Below, one piece after another: positions 9,601 through 17,610 of a stretch of 64,000 nt of DNA. The notes below the pieces were generated by a model that saw only the letters and a program-made list of their open reading frames with translations, did not search any database and was not told where the DNA came from. Made by a program: the position numbers and the translations under genes. Source of the stretch: Chlamydiia bacterium (GTDB lineage: Bacteria > Chlamydiota > Chlamydiia > Chlamydiales > GCA-2402025); the NCBI GenBank assembly GCA_022601395.1, contig JAJACS010000001.1, positions 10,299-74,298 on the forward strand, given 5' to 3'. Numbering within the stretch: the first letter of the stretch is position 1; each line of letters opens with the position of its first letter.

Positions 9601-11098
9601 TATCTTCTTTTATACCTAAAGATTCTATTCCGCATTTTGTTGAAAGTTCATTAAAAAAAAGCTCTGCGACTTCTTTTTCTACAGCTTCCACTTTAATCTC
9701 TACTCTAGTTTTATATTCTTTGAATGGCTCGTCAAGGCTTGGAAACTCTTGCAAGTCATAGTCAAGCTTTACAAGCTTGATATCTTCACCAGCTTTTGCT
9801 TGTGAGATTGTATCAATCAACTCACTTACCGTTGTTGGCAAAAGATAATACCCGTAAGGTTTTTTGATTTTACTGAAATGCTTTCTAACTCTTTTGAGTT
9901 TAGTAATAAAACTCAGCTTATCAATCCCCTTGCTCTTAAATGTCGGGTCTTCGGATAAGTTTCTTTCTATGAATGTCGCAAGCCTTCTATCAAGAGCTTT
10001 TTCTTTTTGCTTAAGCAAAAGGTTCGATGAGAAACTAGCTGCAATACAAAGCAAGATCATGCTTGCTAAACAAAGAGCATATTTCTTTACTAAAGCTGAT
10101 GTTAATTCTTTTTGCGCAGCTTTTACAGCGCGGAACTGTACGCTCATACTATCTGCAATAAGAGGGTCAAGACAAAGCCCAACAGAGAGCGCATAAGAGC
10201 TCGCTCTTGTATCTTCTTCTGCCACTTCTAATTTGTTAAAGGTAAAGTCCTGGCTTCTTTCAAGGCCTGCATGAAATTGAGAGAGGATGTGCTTCTCTCC
10301 TGTATAGAAAAGCGTTTCATGGATCCTTTGACCTTCTTTGTGCATAACAAAGTAAAGCGCTCTATCAAGCTGCATAGAAAAGATCTCTACAAGCTCTTTT
10401 AAATTCACATCCTTAGACGATTCCATATCAGCAAGATCTAGCTGGTAAAGAAGAGTTTCTACTTCGACATCTGTGTAGTCTTTTCGATCTTTTTTCAGGG
10501 CTGCAAGAAAATGTCTCTTACCATAAGGGATCGAAAGAGCATAGATCGGCTTGCTCTCAAAAACAGACACAATATCTGTTTTTGACTCCCCCATATACAT
10601 TGTAATGGTATTTACATCTTTAAAGAGGAAATTCGTGAACCTGTAAAGGGCTACGGGATTGCAGCTTACAAAATGAGGATCCACCCCTATACTTTTCATA
10701 GAGTTTATATGCTCTTCATAGGAAGTGTTCTGTATACAAAAAGCGAGAACATCCGAAGAGGACTTATGTTTTTCAATATATGGGTAGACAATCCCTTCTT
10801 CTATTGGAAAAGGAAGGTGCTGTTCAATCTGAAAAGGTAGAGTCTTAAAGATGGCCTTTTTATCTGCTACTGGAAGAGTGAGTTTTCTAAGAAGAACATG
10901 ATCTGTATCAATAGAGGTTGCTATGCAGAGACCTCTATATTTTTGCTTTAAATCCCCTATCACCTTTTCAAAATAGCCAGGATCGATGTCTTTTGAGCAA
11001 TAGGACTCAGTAAAAAGAATTTCAAATTCTTTCTTATCCTTCTTTACTACAGCAAGTTTTACTCGCAAACCTTCTGATATGACACTAAGCAAGTACAT
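9551..11098 (-). CDS. PilM/GspL-like assembly-platform protein (actin-like N-domain, TM helix, periplasmic domain)
   Basis: The N-terminal ~330 aa resemble PilM/GspL cytoplasmic domains (LPFQIEQHLPFPIEEGIVYPYI). A single TM helix (ALCLASMILLCIAASFSSNLLL) follows, then a ~150-aa C-terminal domain. No HMM check was possible. Confidence 0.4.
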   Translation of the reverse strand: MYLLSVISEGLRVKLAVVKKDKKEFEILFTESYCSKDIDPGYFEKVIGDLKQKYRGLCIATSIDTDHVLLRKLTLPVADKKAIFKTLPFQIEQHLPFPIEEGIVYPYIEKHKSSSDVLAFCIQNTSYEEHINSMKSIGVDPHFVSCNPVALYRFTNFLFKDVNTITMYMGESKTDIVSVFESKPIYALSIPYGKRHFLAALKKDRKDYTDVEVETLLYQLDLADMESSKDVNLKELVEIFSMQLDRALYFVMHKEGQRIHETLFYTGEKHILSQFHAGLERSQDFTFNKLEVAEEDTRASSYALSVGLCLDPLIADSMSVQFRAVKAAQKELTSALVKKYALCLASMILLCIAASFSSNLLLKQKEKALDRRLATFIERNLSEDPTFKSKGIDKLSFITKLKRVRKHFSKIKKPYGYYLLPTTVSELIDTISQAKAGEDIKLVKLDYDLQEFPSLDEPFKEYKTRVEIKVEAVEKEVAELFFNELSTKCGIESLGIKEDSGIYGATFFLESAPKM

Positions 11099-11240
11099 CG
11101 TCTCAAAGATCTCTTTTACTAAAAGGCTTTACTTTAAATTAGATAGAGAAATTATGCCATCAATTTAAGTGATATTGCTTCTTTGGTTTTTTTCAAAATC
11201 TTGGTATAATCTGGGATAAATCATTTACAAGTGTAATTTT

Positions 11241-11489
11241 ATGTTAGCAAGCATCGTTAGAGTACTCTTTACAACCTATACCCTGATCCTTCTTGCAAAG
11301 GTCATTGGGTCTTGGTTCCCTCAGGGAAGAGGCCACCCAATCATGCGATTCTTAAATTTTTTGACAGACCCCTATTTGAACATCTTTAGAAAAATCATCC
11401 CTCCGATAGGTGGGATGATTGACTTAAGCCCTCTAATCGGCTTTTTGGTGCTTCAGTTTGCAGAAACCCTGATCCTTCGTTACATATGA
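11241..11489 (+). CDS. yggT: YggT family membrane protein
   Basis: FLTDPYLNIFRKIIPPIGGMIDLSPLIGFLVLQ matches the YggT signature (P..gg.DlSP). Confidence 0.7.
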   Translation: MLASIVRVLFTTYTLILLAKVIGSWFPQGRGHPIMRFLNFLTDPYLNIFRKIIPPIGGMIDLSPLIGFLVLQFAETLILRYI

Positions 11490-12481
11490 GCTTTGTAAAA
11501 CCCCTCAAGCTTGGCAACCTCATACTGCCAACAAACATTATGTATGCCCCTCTTGCTGGATGCTCGGACTATCCATTCCGTAAAATGAGTTCATTCTTTA
11601 TGCCTGTCCTAACTTATTGCGAAATGGTGAAGATGGATGCTCTTATCCGCCACGATGCTAACACCTACAAGCTTCTTGATTTTGATAAAGATATGCATCC
11701 TATTGGAGCGCAGCTTTGCGGGTCTAAGAAACATCTTGCTGGCCCCTGCTCTAAAATCATCGAAGATCTTGGGTTTGATGTTTTAGATCTTAACTGCGGG
11801 TGCCCCGTTGATAAGGTCACAAAAGATGGTAGCGGTTCTGGAATGCTAAAGCAGCCAGAGCTTATTGGGGAAATTCTCCATGAGATGGTGAATGCTGTAT
11901 CTATTCCAGTTACGGTAAAAATTAGAGCTGGTTGGGACGATAACAGTATCAACGCTCCTCTTATCACAAAGATCGCAGAAGAAGCGGGTGCTGTTGCTAT
12001 CACGATACATGGCAGAACAAGAGTACAAGCATATAAGGGTCTTTCTAATTGGGACTACATCAAAGAATCAAAGGATGTAGCAAGTACAATCAAAGTCATC
12101 GGTAACGGGGACATTTTAGATGGCCCATCGGCAAAAGCTATTTTCGAAAAAACAAATTGCGACGGTGTTCTTATCTCAAGAGGAACACTTGGCAAACCTT
12201 GGATCGCTGAAGAGATTTTCGACTACCTCACTAAAGGGAGCTTTGATGAAAAGCATCCTGACGACTTTAAAACAACATTTCTCAATCACCTAAAAGTTAC
12301 ACTTGGATATGAGAACGACAAAAGAGCTCTTATTGCAATGAGACGCATCGGAAGTTGGTACCTAAGACAAGGACCTCACACAAAAGAGCTCAGAGACCTT
12401 CTAAATAAATCTAAAACTCTTGATGAAGTAGAAAAGATCATCTATAGCTATGACTTTGATAGTGCTTATAGCACTTATTAA
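11486..12481 (+). CDS. dus: tRNA-dihydrouridine synthase
   Basis: MYAPLAGCSDYPFRK, DLNCGCPVDKVTKDGSGSGML, TIHGRTR and ISRG are Dus-family motifs. Confidence 0.85.
   Translation: MSFVKPLKLGNLILPTNIMYAPLAGCSDYPFRKMSSFFMPVLTYCEMVKMDALIRHDANTYKLLDFDKDMHPIGAQLCGSKKHLAGPCSKIIEDLGFDVLDLNCGCPVDKVTKDGSGSGMLKQPELIGEILHEMVNAVSIPVTVKIRAGWDDNSINAPLITKIAEEAGAVAITIHGRTRVQAYKGLSNWDYIKESKDVASTIKVIGNGDILDGPSAKAIFEKTNCDGVLISRGTLGKPWIAEEIFDYLTKGSFDEKHPDDFKTTFLNHLKVTLGYENDKRALIAMRRIGSWYLRQGPHTKELRDLLNKSKTLDEVEKIIYSYDFDSAYSTY
12410..12474 (+). repeat. dus 3'-end segment duplicated 928 nt downstream (copy 1, inside the intact gene)
   Basis: 46/65 nt identical to 13338-13402 by hand alignment, with a 19-nt perfect core (12419-12437 = 13347-13365, cttgatgaagtagaaaaga). 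Confidence 0.7.
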
Positions 12482-12568
12482 AAGATCCTTTTTTGCATAA
12501 AATGAGTGATGCATAAAAAAACATTTGTATACTGCAGACTATACTTTAAAAAATCAGAAGGGTTAAAT

Positions 12569-13336
12569 ATGCGTTCTAGCGGTCTTTTATTTTTCTTCTT
12601 CTGCTGTTCATTCGTATTTTCAAATGAATATCAATTGGATTATGAAAATAGTAAAGATATTATGAACACAAGAAGAAAAGTATATGAACAAAGGTTTTCA
12701 AAAATATTTGTTCTTTCACCCTATCGGACTGGAAGCACATACATATATATGATATTAAACTACCTTTTTGAAGACCAGTCGAACAAAGACCACACTGATT
12801 ATTCTAAAAAAGTAGTAAAGACTCACAACACACCTAGTTTTCCTTTATCCAACAAGTCAATTTGGGTAGTTCCAGTACGCCATCCTCTAGATAGCTGTAC
12901 CTCAATTTTTAGAATGCCAAATACAAGTATCAAAAGCAGGAAGGTTTTTTTTTATAGTTTATTAGAAAAATACAAACAAACAGAGTCGTTTGTAAATAAA
13001 ACGCCATCTAATCAAGTGTTGCTTCTAAGGTATGAGAAATTTAATACTGATTTCGATTACATCATTGATTCAATCGAGGACAAATTTGAGGTTAAAGTTA
13101 CCCAATTAGATAAAGAGAATATGAAAAACATGTTTTCTAAAGAAGCTAACCTAAAACGTCAAAAAGAAATGCCTGATTTTAACACATATGATCCTATTAC
13201 AGGATTACATGGCAATCATATATCAACTGAAAAAACAACTCTAAAAGAAATGCTAAATACTGATGATTATAATATGGTAATTGAAAAGATAGAAAATCTG
13301 TTGCCAACCTTTCACTACTCAGACATGCCTGAATAG
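12569..13336 (+). CDS. sulfotransferase-family protein with an N-terminal signal/anchor
   Basis: The track ORF starts at 12506. ATG 12569 (AGAAGGG upstream) gives MRSSGLLFFFFCCSFVFS. It has a PAPS 5'-PSB-like loop YRTGSTYIY and a 3'-PB-like VRHPLDSCTS. It is markedly AT-rich: 26 G+C in 12601-12700, against 49 in 11791-11890 of dus (hand counts). Confidence 0.55.
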   Translation: MRSSGLLFFFFCCSFVFSNEYQLDYENSKDIMNTRRKVYEQRFSKIFVLSPYRTGSTYIYMILNYLFEDQSNKDHTDYSKKVVKTHNTPSFPLSNKSIWVVPVRHPLDSCTSIFRMPNTSIKSRKVFFYSLLEKYKQTESFVNKTPSNQVLLLRYEKFNTDFDYIIDSIEDKFEVKVTQLDKENMKNMFSKEANLKRQKEMPDFNTYDPITGLHGNHISTEKTTLKEMLNTDDYNMVIEKIENLLPTFHYSDMPE

Positions 13337-13337
13337 A

Positions 13338-13439
13338 TCCAAAACGCTTGATGAAGTAGAAAAGACTATCCATAATCACAGTTTCGAAAGAGCCTATACA
13401 AAAGAAGACGATCCTCATGCATTACCATGTAGTTGTTAA
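13338..13439 (+). pseudogene. relic second copy of the dus 3' end (no start codon), reading into the acyP start
   Basis: Translates as SKTLDEVEKTIHNHSFERAYTKEDDPHALPCSC*, against the intact dus C-terminus SKTLDEVEKIIYSYDFDSAYSTY*. It lies immediately after the sulfotransferase stop codon (13334-13336). Confidence 0.6.
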
Positions 13440-13686
13440 AGGAAGAGTACAAGGAGTTTGCTTTAGGGCAACTGTTTGTGAAAGAGCAAAAGGCTTTGAC
13501 CTTTCTGGCACAGTCAAAAATCTTGCAGATGGTGATGTTGAGATACATGTCTTTGGTGATGAAAAGACGATAGATGCGTTTTTAGAAAGTTTAAAACAAG
13601 ATGCGGGATTTGGCATGGTTTCATCATTTTCTATTAAAAAAGACAGCTTAAAAAAAGAAGAGAGCGGTTTTAAGGTTGTTCACTAG
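13417..13686 (+). CDS. acyP: acylphosphatase
   Basis: VVKGRVQGVCFRA...GTVKNLADGDVEIHVFG is the acylphosphatase signature, and the length (89 aa) fits. Confidence 0.8.
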   Translation: MHYHVVVKGRVQGVCFRATVCERAKGFDLSGTVKNLADGDVEIHVFGDEKTIDAFLESLKQDAGFGMVSSFSIKKDSLKKEESGFKVVH

Positions 13687-14777
13687 AAGAATAATTTAGC
13701 TTGGAAAGTTACACCGTACATAGAAACATCTTCACTCATGTTATCAAAGCGAAAAGTTCCATTAAACTCTCTTAGCTCAAGCATCTGGTTTGCAGAGAAA
13801 TAGTAAAGAGTTTCATATCCAAGTCTGAATTCTAGATAGTTACGTTTTTGCCTGATGAATCTGCTGTAGCCAAGCCCTAAATTAAACTGGATATTTGGGA
13901 TGAACCTGTGTCTTTTTTCTTTCATTAAGAAGTCAAAGTCACCTGATGGTGTCAGTTTTGAAAACTGCTCAATTTCAAAGTAGCTATAGAGAAGACTTGC
14001 TGAAACAACCCCATATAAATGAAATCCACTATTTAAAAACCAAGTCGTATCGATTCCGGCTTTTGGGCCTATACCCCAGAATTTTGATCTGTCTGTTGTT
14101 TCAGCTGTATTAAAGCCAAGACTTTCTCCATCATTGTACTTCATGATCTGCTTGATGTTGATCCATGAGTTTTTAAGGCCAATCGTTGGTTTAAGAGCTA
14201 AGGCCGCACTAATGAAGTAGTGCCTATAGAGGTTTACATCTAGATTTATAAATTTATTCCTAATAGAAGATTTAGCTGTATGAACCGGCTGAGAAAAAGG
14301 ACCTCTTATTGGAATAACTGCTGAAGTTTCTCCGCCGATAAGTCTAGAGCATCCTCCATCCTTGAAATAGGTAAACTCTGCATTAGCGCTCCACTGATCG
14401 TGGTTAAAATTTCTTCCAATGCCTGCTCTGATTCCAGCGTTCCAATCAAATTCGCACTCTTTAGTTCTACCTTGTATAGGTTGATTTACGCTGAACCTTG
14501 AATTACTGTAAGCGAACTTGGTACCAGAGACTTTAGACTTCCAGAAAAGTAAATCGATGAAATCGTACCAGCTTCTTCCTCCGACATCAGGTCTTGCGCT
14601 TCCTGTTTCTACAGATTCTTCGCCATGAGCATTCACAACTGTGATTTGATCAAGCTTCTCAAGAAGGGTTTTCACCTGGTCATCAAGACTCCTCCTTATG
14701 GAGTGTTCTCCATAAAGATTTGAGCTAACAAGAGTTATAGCAATAGAAAAGGCTATCTGTTTATATATACGTTTCAT
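13683..14777 (-). CDS. beta-barrel outer-membrane porin, array paralog 1 (divergent member)
   Basis: The track uses TTG 14792; ATG 14777 gives MKRIYKQIAFSIAITLVSSNLYG. It shares FDWNAGIRAGIGRNF, FWGIGPKAGIDT.W.LNSGF and a C-terminal ...GVTFQAKLFF with the other array members. Confidence 0.75.
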   Translation of the reverse strand: MKRIYKQIAFSIAITLVSSNLYGEHSIRRSLDDQVKTLLEKLDQITVVNAHGEESVETGSARPDVGGRSWYDFIDLLFWKSKVSGTKFAYSNSRFSVNQPIQGRTKECEFDWNAGIRAGIGRNFNHDQWSANAEFTYFKDGGCSRLIGGETSAVIPIRGPFSQPVHTAKSSIRNKFINLDVNLYRHYFISAALALKPTIGLKNSWINIKQIMKYNDGESLGFNTAETTDRSKFWGIGPKAGIDTTWFLNSGFHLYGVVSASLLYSYFEIEQFSKLTPSGDFDFLMKEKRHRFIPNIQFNLGLGYSRFIRQKRNYLEFRLGYETLYYFSANQMLELREFNGTFRFDNMSEDVSMYGVTFQAKLFF

Positions 14778-14794
14778 ATTTATGTTGGCCAAAT

Positions 14795-14833
14795 ATAGAG
14801 CAGTTTAAACACTCTATTTAATATCGCATTATA
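14795..14833 (-). promoter_or_regulatory. conserved -10 box plus leader hairpin upstream of paralog 1
   Basis: Minus-strand reading: TATAATGCGATATTAAATAGAGTGTTTAAACTGCTCTATATTTGGCC. TATAAT lies at 14833-14828, and ATAGAG/CTCTAT form an inverted repeat. The same block order is found upstream of paralog 2. Confidence 0.35.
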
Positions 14834-14890
14834 ATAATTGTTTTGATTCTTTAAAGAAGAATATTAAATTATTTTAACAGAAATGAAAAT

Positions 14891-14916
14891 AGCCAGATAG
14901 ATTACTCTATCTGGCT
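14891..14916 (-). terminator. stem-loop downstream of paralog 2
   Basis: Perfect 10-bp stem agccagatag / ctatctggct with a 6-nt loop, followed on the minus strand by ATTTT (a weak U tract). Confidence 0.5.
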
Positions 14917-14950
14917 TAAATTACTCGGAAGTAAATCTAAAATCAGAGAC

Positions 14951-16072
14951 TTAGAAATCCCACTTTACATTTAGAGCTACGCCTTGTAGAGACATGTCAT
15001 CAGAAACTCTAGACACAGGAGTCAGATTAGGTGATTCTCCTGTAGTTAGAGTTTGGTTCATTCTCCACCAGTACTGTGTATCCCAGCATAGTGAAATACC
15101 GATGTGTTGCTTATCGTTGTAGATATAAGCATCATATGCCAGTCCTAGTTTGATTTGAGCTGTAGGTGCAAATCTATGCATGTTAGCTGATAGATTAGCT
15201 TTACAATTTACAGGCTCTGCACTGAACCAGTTCTTATGTTGTACTTCGTAGTGACCGTATACAAGTGCACCAGAAGCATCACCCATGAAGCTGAAGCCAT
15301 TTGTTAGATGCCACTTACCGTTAACACCAACTCTTGGTCCAATACCCCAGAAGTCATTACGATCTTTCACATGAACAGTGTTGTTACCTAGGTCAGTTCC
15401 ACCTGAGTAACGTACTACTTCTTTCATGTTGATCCATGCTGTAACAAGACCTGCGTGTGGTCTGAAAGATAGATTTCTTGAAAGATATAGGTTTCTACCT
15501 AGTTCTAAATCGATTCTATCGAAGTCTAGCTTAAATTCTGCTGTCGCCTTATTAGCGAAACGGAAATTAAATGCTGCCGCTGAACCATCATCTGTGATTT
15601 CTTCAGAACCTTTTAAAGGTATAACTGAACCATTGATATCTCCAGTAACCATTGAAGCTGTGTTGCTTTTGAAGTATGTATAGTTAGCAAATACATCCCA
15701 ATGTCCGTGGTCAAAGTTATAACCAACACCAGCTCTGAAACCCCAGTCCCACTTGAAGTCTACTTCTTTTACTCTTCCTTTTATAGGATGAGCTGCCGCA
15801 GGATCTTCATCTGTAAAAGCGAACTCTGTACCACCTACTCTAGGTTGGAAGTATAATACATCAAATGATAGGAACATGTTGTATCCATTCACAACACTTG
15901 GACGAGCAGAAGCTGTTTCAGCTCCGTAAGTCATTGACGCTGTTTCTGTACGTACTTGTTTCATCTGTTTTTCAAGATCGTGTACGCGTGTATCTAAGTC
16001 AGGTCCAGCAAATGCAGAAGCTGAAAGAGCTATTGCTAACGCTGATACTGACGCATATTTAAAGTAACCCAT
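14951..16072 (-). CDS. beta-barrel outer-membrane porin, array paralog 2
   Basis: Signal peptide ending AFAG, then PDLDTRVHDLEKQMKQVRTETAS. Also FKWDWGFRAGVGYNF, FWGIGPRVGVNGKWHLTNGFS, YIYNDKQHIGISL and a C-terminal NVKWDF. Confidence 0.8.
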   Translation of the reverse strand: MGYFKYASVSALAIALSASAFAGPDLDTRVHDLEKQMKQVRTETASMTYGAETASARPSVVNGYNMFLSFDVLYFQPRVGGTEFAFTDEDPAAAHPIKGRVKEVDFKWDWGFRAGVGYNFDHGHWDVFANYTYFKSNTASMVTGDINGSVIPLKGSEEITDDGSAAAFNFRFANKATAEFKLDFDRIDLELGRNLYLSRNLSFRPHAGLVTAWINMKEVVRYSGGTDLGNNTVHVKDRNDFWGIGPRVGVNGKWHLTNGFSFMGDASGALVYGHYEVQHKNWFSAEPVNCKANLSANMHRFAPTAQIKLGLAYDAYIYNDKQHIGISLCWDTQYWWRMNQTLTTGESPNLTPVSRVSDDMSLQGVALNVKWDF

Positions 16073-16103
16073 TTTTACCCCTTCATGAAAATTAGGCCAA
16101 ATA

Positions 16104-16142
16104 ACAGAGCATAATTAATACTCTATGTTAATTTGCATTATA
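16104..16142 (-). promoter_or_regulatory. conserved -10 box plus leader hairpin upstream of paralog 2
   Basis: Minus-strand reading: TATAATGCAAATTAACATAGAGTATTAATTATGCTCTGTTATTTGGCC. The blocks TATAATGC, ATAGAGT, GCTCT and ATTTGGCC are shared with the paralog 1 leader in the same order. Confidence 0.35.
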
Positions 16143-16224
16143 CACGTTTTTTAAATTAACTAAATAAAATAATTGAGGTTAATTATATTAAACAATAAAA
16201 ACCAATATAAAAAAGAATAAAAAA

Positions 16225-16249
16225 AGACCGAATAGAAACTATCCGGTCT
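16225..16249 (-). terminator. rho-independent terminator downstream of paralog 3
   Basis: 11-bp stem (agaccgaatag / ctatccggtct, one mismatch) followed on the minus strand by a long T run (revcomp of 16211-16224). Confidence 0.65.
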
Positions 16250-16279
16250 TAACTTTTAGGTACTTATCTTAACTTTAGA

Positions 16280-17383
16280 TTAGAAGTCTAGTCTAATGTT
16301 AAAAGTTAAACCTTGTAGACTTACATCATCTGACTGTCTGATGTATTTCAGTGGCTGATCTTCAATACAGTTCAGCATTTGGTTCATTCTCCACCAGTAC
16401 TGAGTATCCCAGCTTAAAGAAACGCTGATGTGTTGCTTATCATTGTAGATATAGCTGTCATATGCAAGACCAAGCTGCAGGCTAGCAGTTGGTGTAAATC
16501 TGTGCATATTAGCACCCACGTTTACTTTATGATGTACAGGATCTGAACTTAGCCAGTTCTTGTGACGAACTTGGAAATGACCATATACTAAAGCACCAGA
16601 TACGTTACCCATAACGCTGAAACCATTAGTTAGGTGCCACTTAGAGTTAAGACCTGTTCTTGGTCCAATACCCCAGAAGTCGTTACGATCTTTTACGTGT
16701 ACTGTGTTCACCCCTATAGTAGGCCCGCCAGTATATCTAGTTAATTGCTTTTGGTTAATCCAAGCAGTTACTAAACCAAAGTGAGGTCTAAATGATAGGT
16801 CTCTTGCTAGGTAGTAGTTTCTACCCAGTTCAAGGTCAATTCTGTCAAAGTCAAACAGATAAGAAGAAGTCGCTTTGTTTACAGAGTTAAACTGATTGCC
16901 GCCACCAGCTGCTTGTCTTGATCCTCTTTGTGGAATTACAGAACCATTGATTTCACCTGTAAGCATTGAAGAAGTATTATTTTTGAAATAAGTATAGTCT
17001 GCATAGATGTCCCAGTCTCCATGAAGGAAGTTGTAACCAACACCAGCTCTGAAAGCCCAGTCCCATTTAAAATCTATTCCTCTATACTTACCTTCAACAG
17101 GCATTACACCTAAAGTATCTTGATCAGAAAGAGCATACTCAGTTCCGCCAACTTTTGTTTGCCAGTAAAGGATATCAAAAGTTAGAAAAAATCCATACCC
17201 GTGCACATTAGGGCGAGCAGTAGCTGTATTTGCCCCATATGTTTGGGAAGCTGTTTCGGTACGTACTTGTTTCATCTGTTTTTCAAGATCATGTACGCGT
17301 GTGTCTAAATCTGGACCAGCGAATGCTGTAGCTGATAAAGCTAAAGCAAGAGCTGCAACCGACACTTTTTTAAAGCGAGTCAT
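16280..17383 (-). CDS. beta-barrel outer-membrane porin, array paralog 3
   Basis: Closest to paralog 2: same AFAGPDLDTRVHDLEKQMKQVRTETAS, FKWDWAFRAGVGYNF, FWGIGPRTGLNSKWHLTNGFS, YIYNDKQHISVSL and C-terminal NIRLDF. Confidence 0.8.
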   Translation of the reverse strand: MTRFKKVSVAALALALSATAFAGPDLDTRVHDLEKQMKQVRTETASQTYGANTATARPNVHGYGFFLTFDILYWQTKVGGTEYALSDQDTLGVMPVEGKYRGIDFKWDWAFRAGVGYNFLHGDWDIYADYTYFKNNTSSMLTGEINGSVIPQRGSRQAAGGGNQFNSVNKATSSYLFDFDRIDLELGRNYYLARDLSFRPHFGLVTAWINQKQLTRYTGGPTIGVNTVHVKDRNDFWGIGPRTGLNSKWHLTNGFSVMGNVSGALVYGHFQVRHKNWLSSDPVHHKVNVGANMHRFTPTASLQLGLAYDSYIYNDKQHISVSLSWDTQYWWRMNQMLNCIEDQPLKYIRQSDDVSLQGLTFNIRLDF

Positions 17384-17559
17384 TTATTTACCTCATGGTA
17401 TTTTTGTTCAATATAACTTATCGAGGATAGGTCACAGCTACATCCTTCACCCCAAGGACTTAATATAGGTAACCTATGGCGTCTCATCTTACTTCCACTC
17501 ATAAAATATTTAAAGAAAAATAAAAACAAATATTTTTATTTTCTTTAAATAAAAAAAAA

Positions 17560-17579
17560 CAAGGTACCTAAGTACCTTG
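17560..17579 (-). terminator. rho-independent terminator downstream of paralog 4
   Basis: 8-bp stem caaggtac / gtaccttg with a 4-nt loop, followed on the minus strand by T9 (revcomp of 17551-17559). Confidence 0.7.
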
Positions 17580-17610
17580 TTTCAGTTTATTCAGACTATT
17601 AGTCTTTTTG

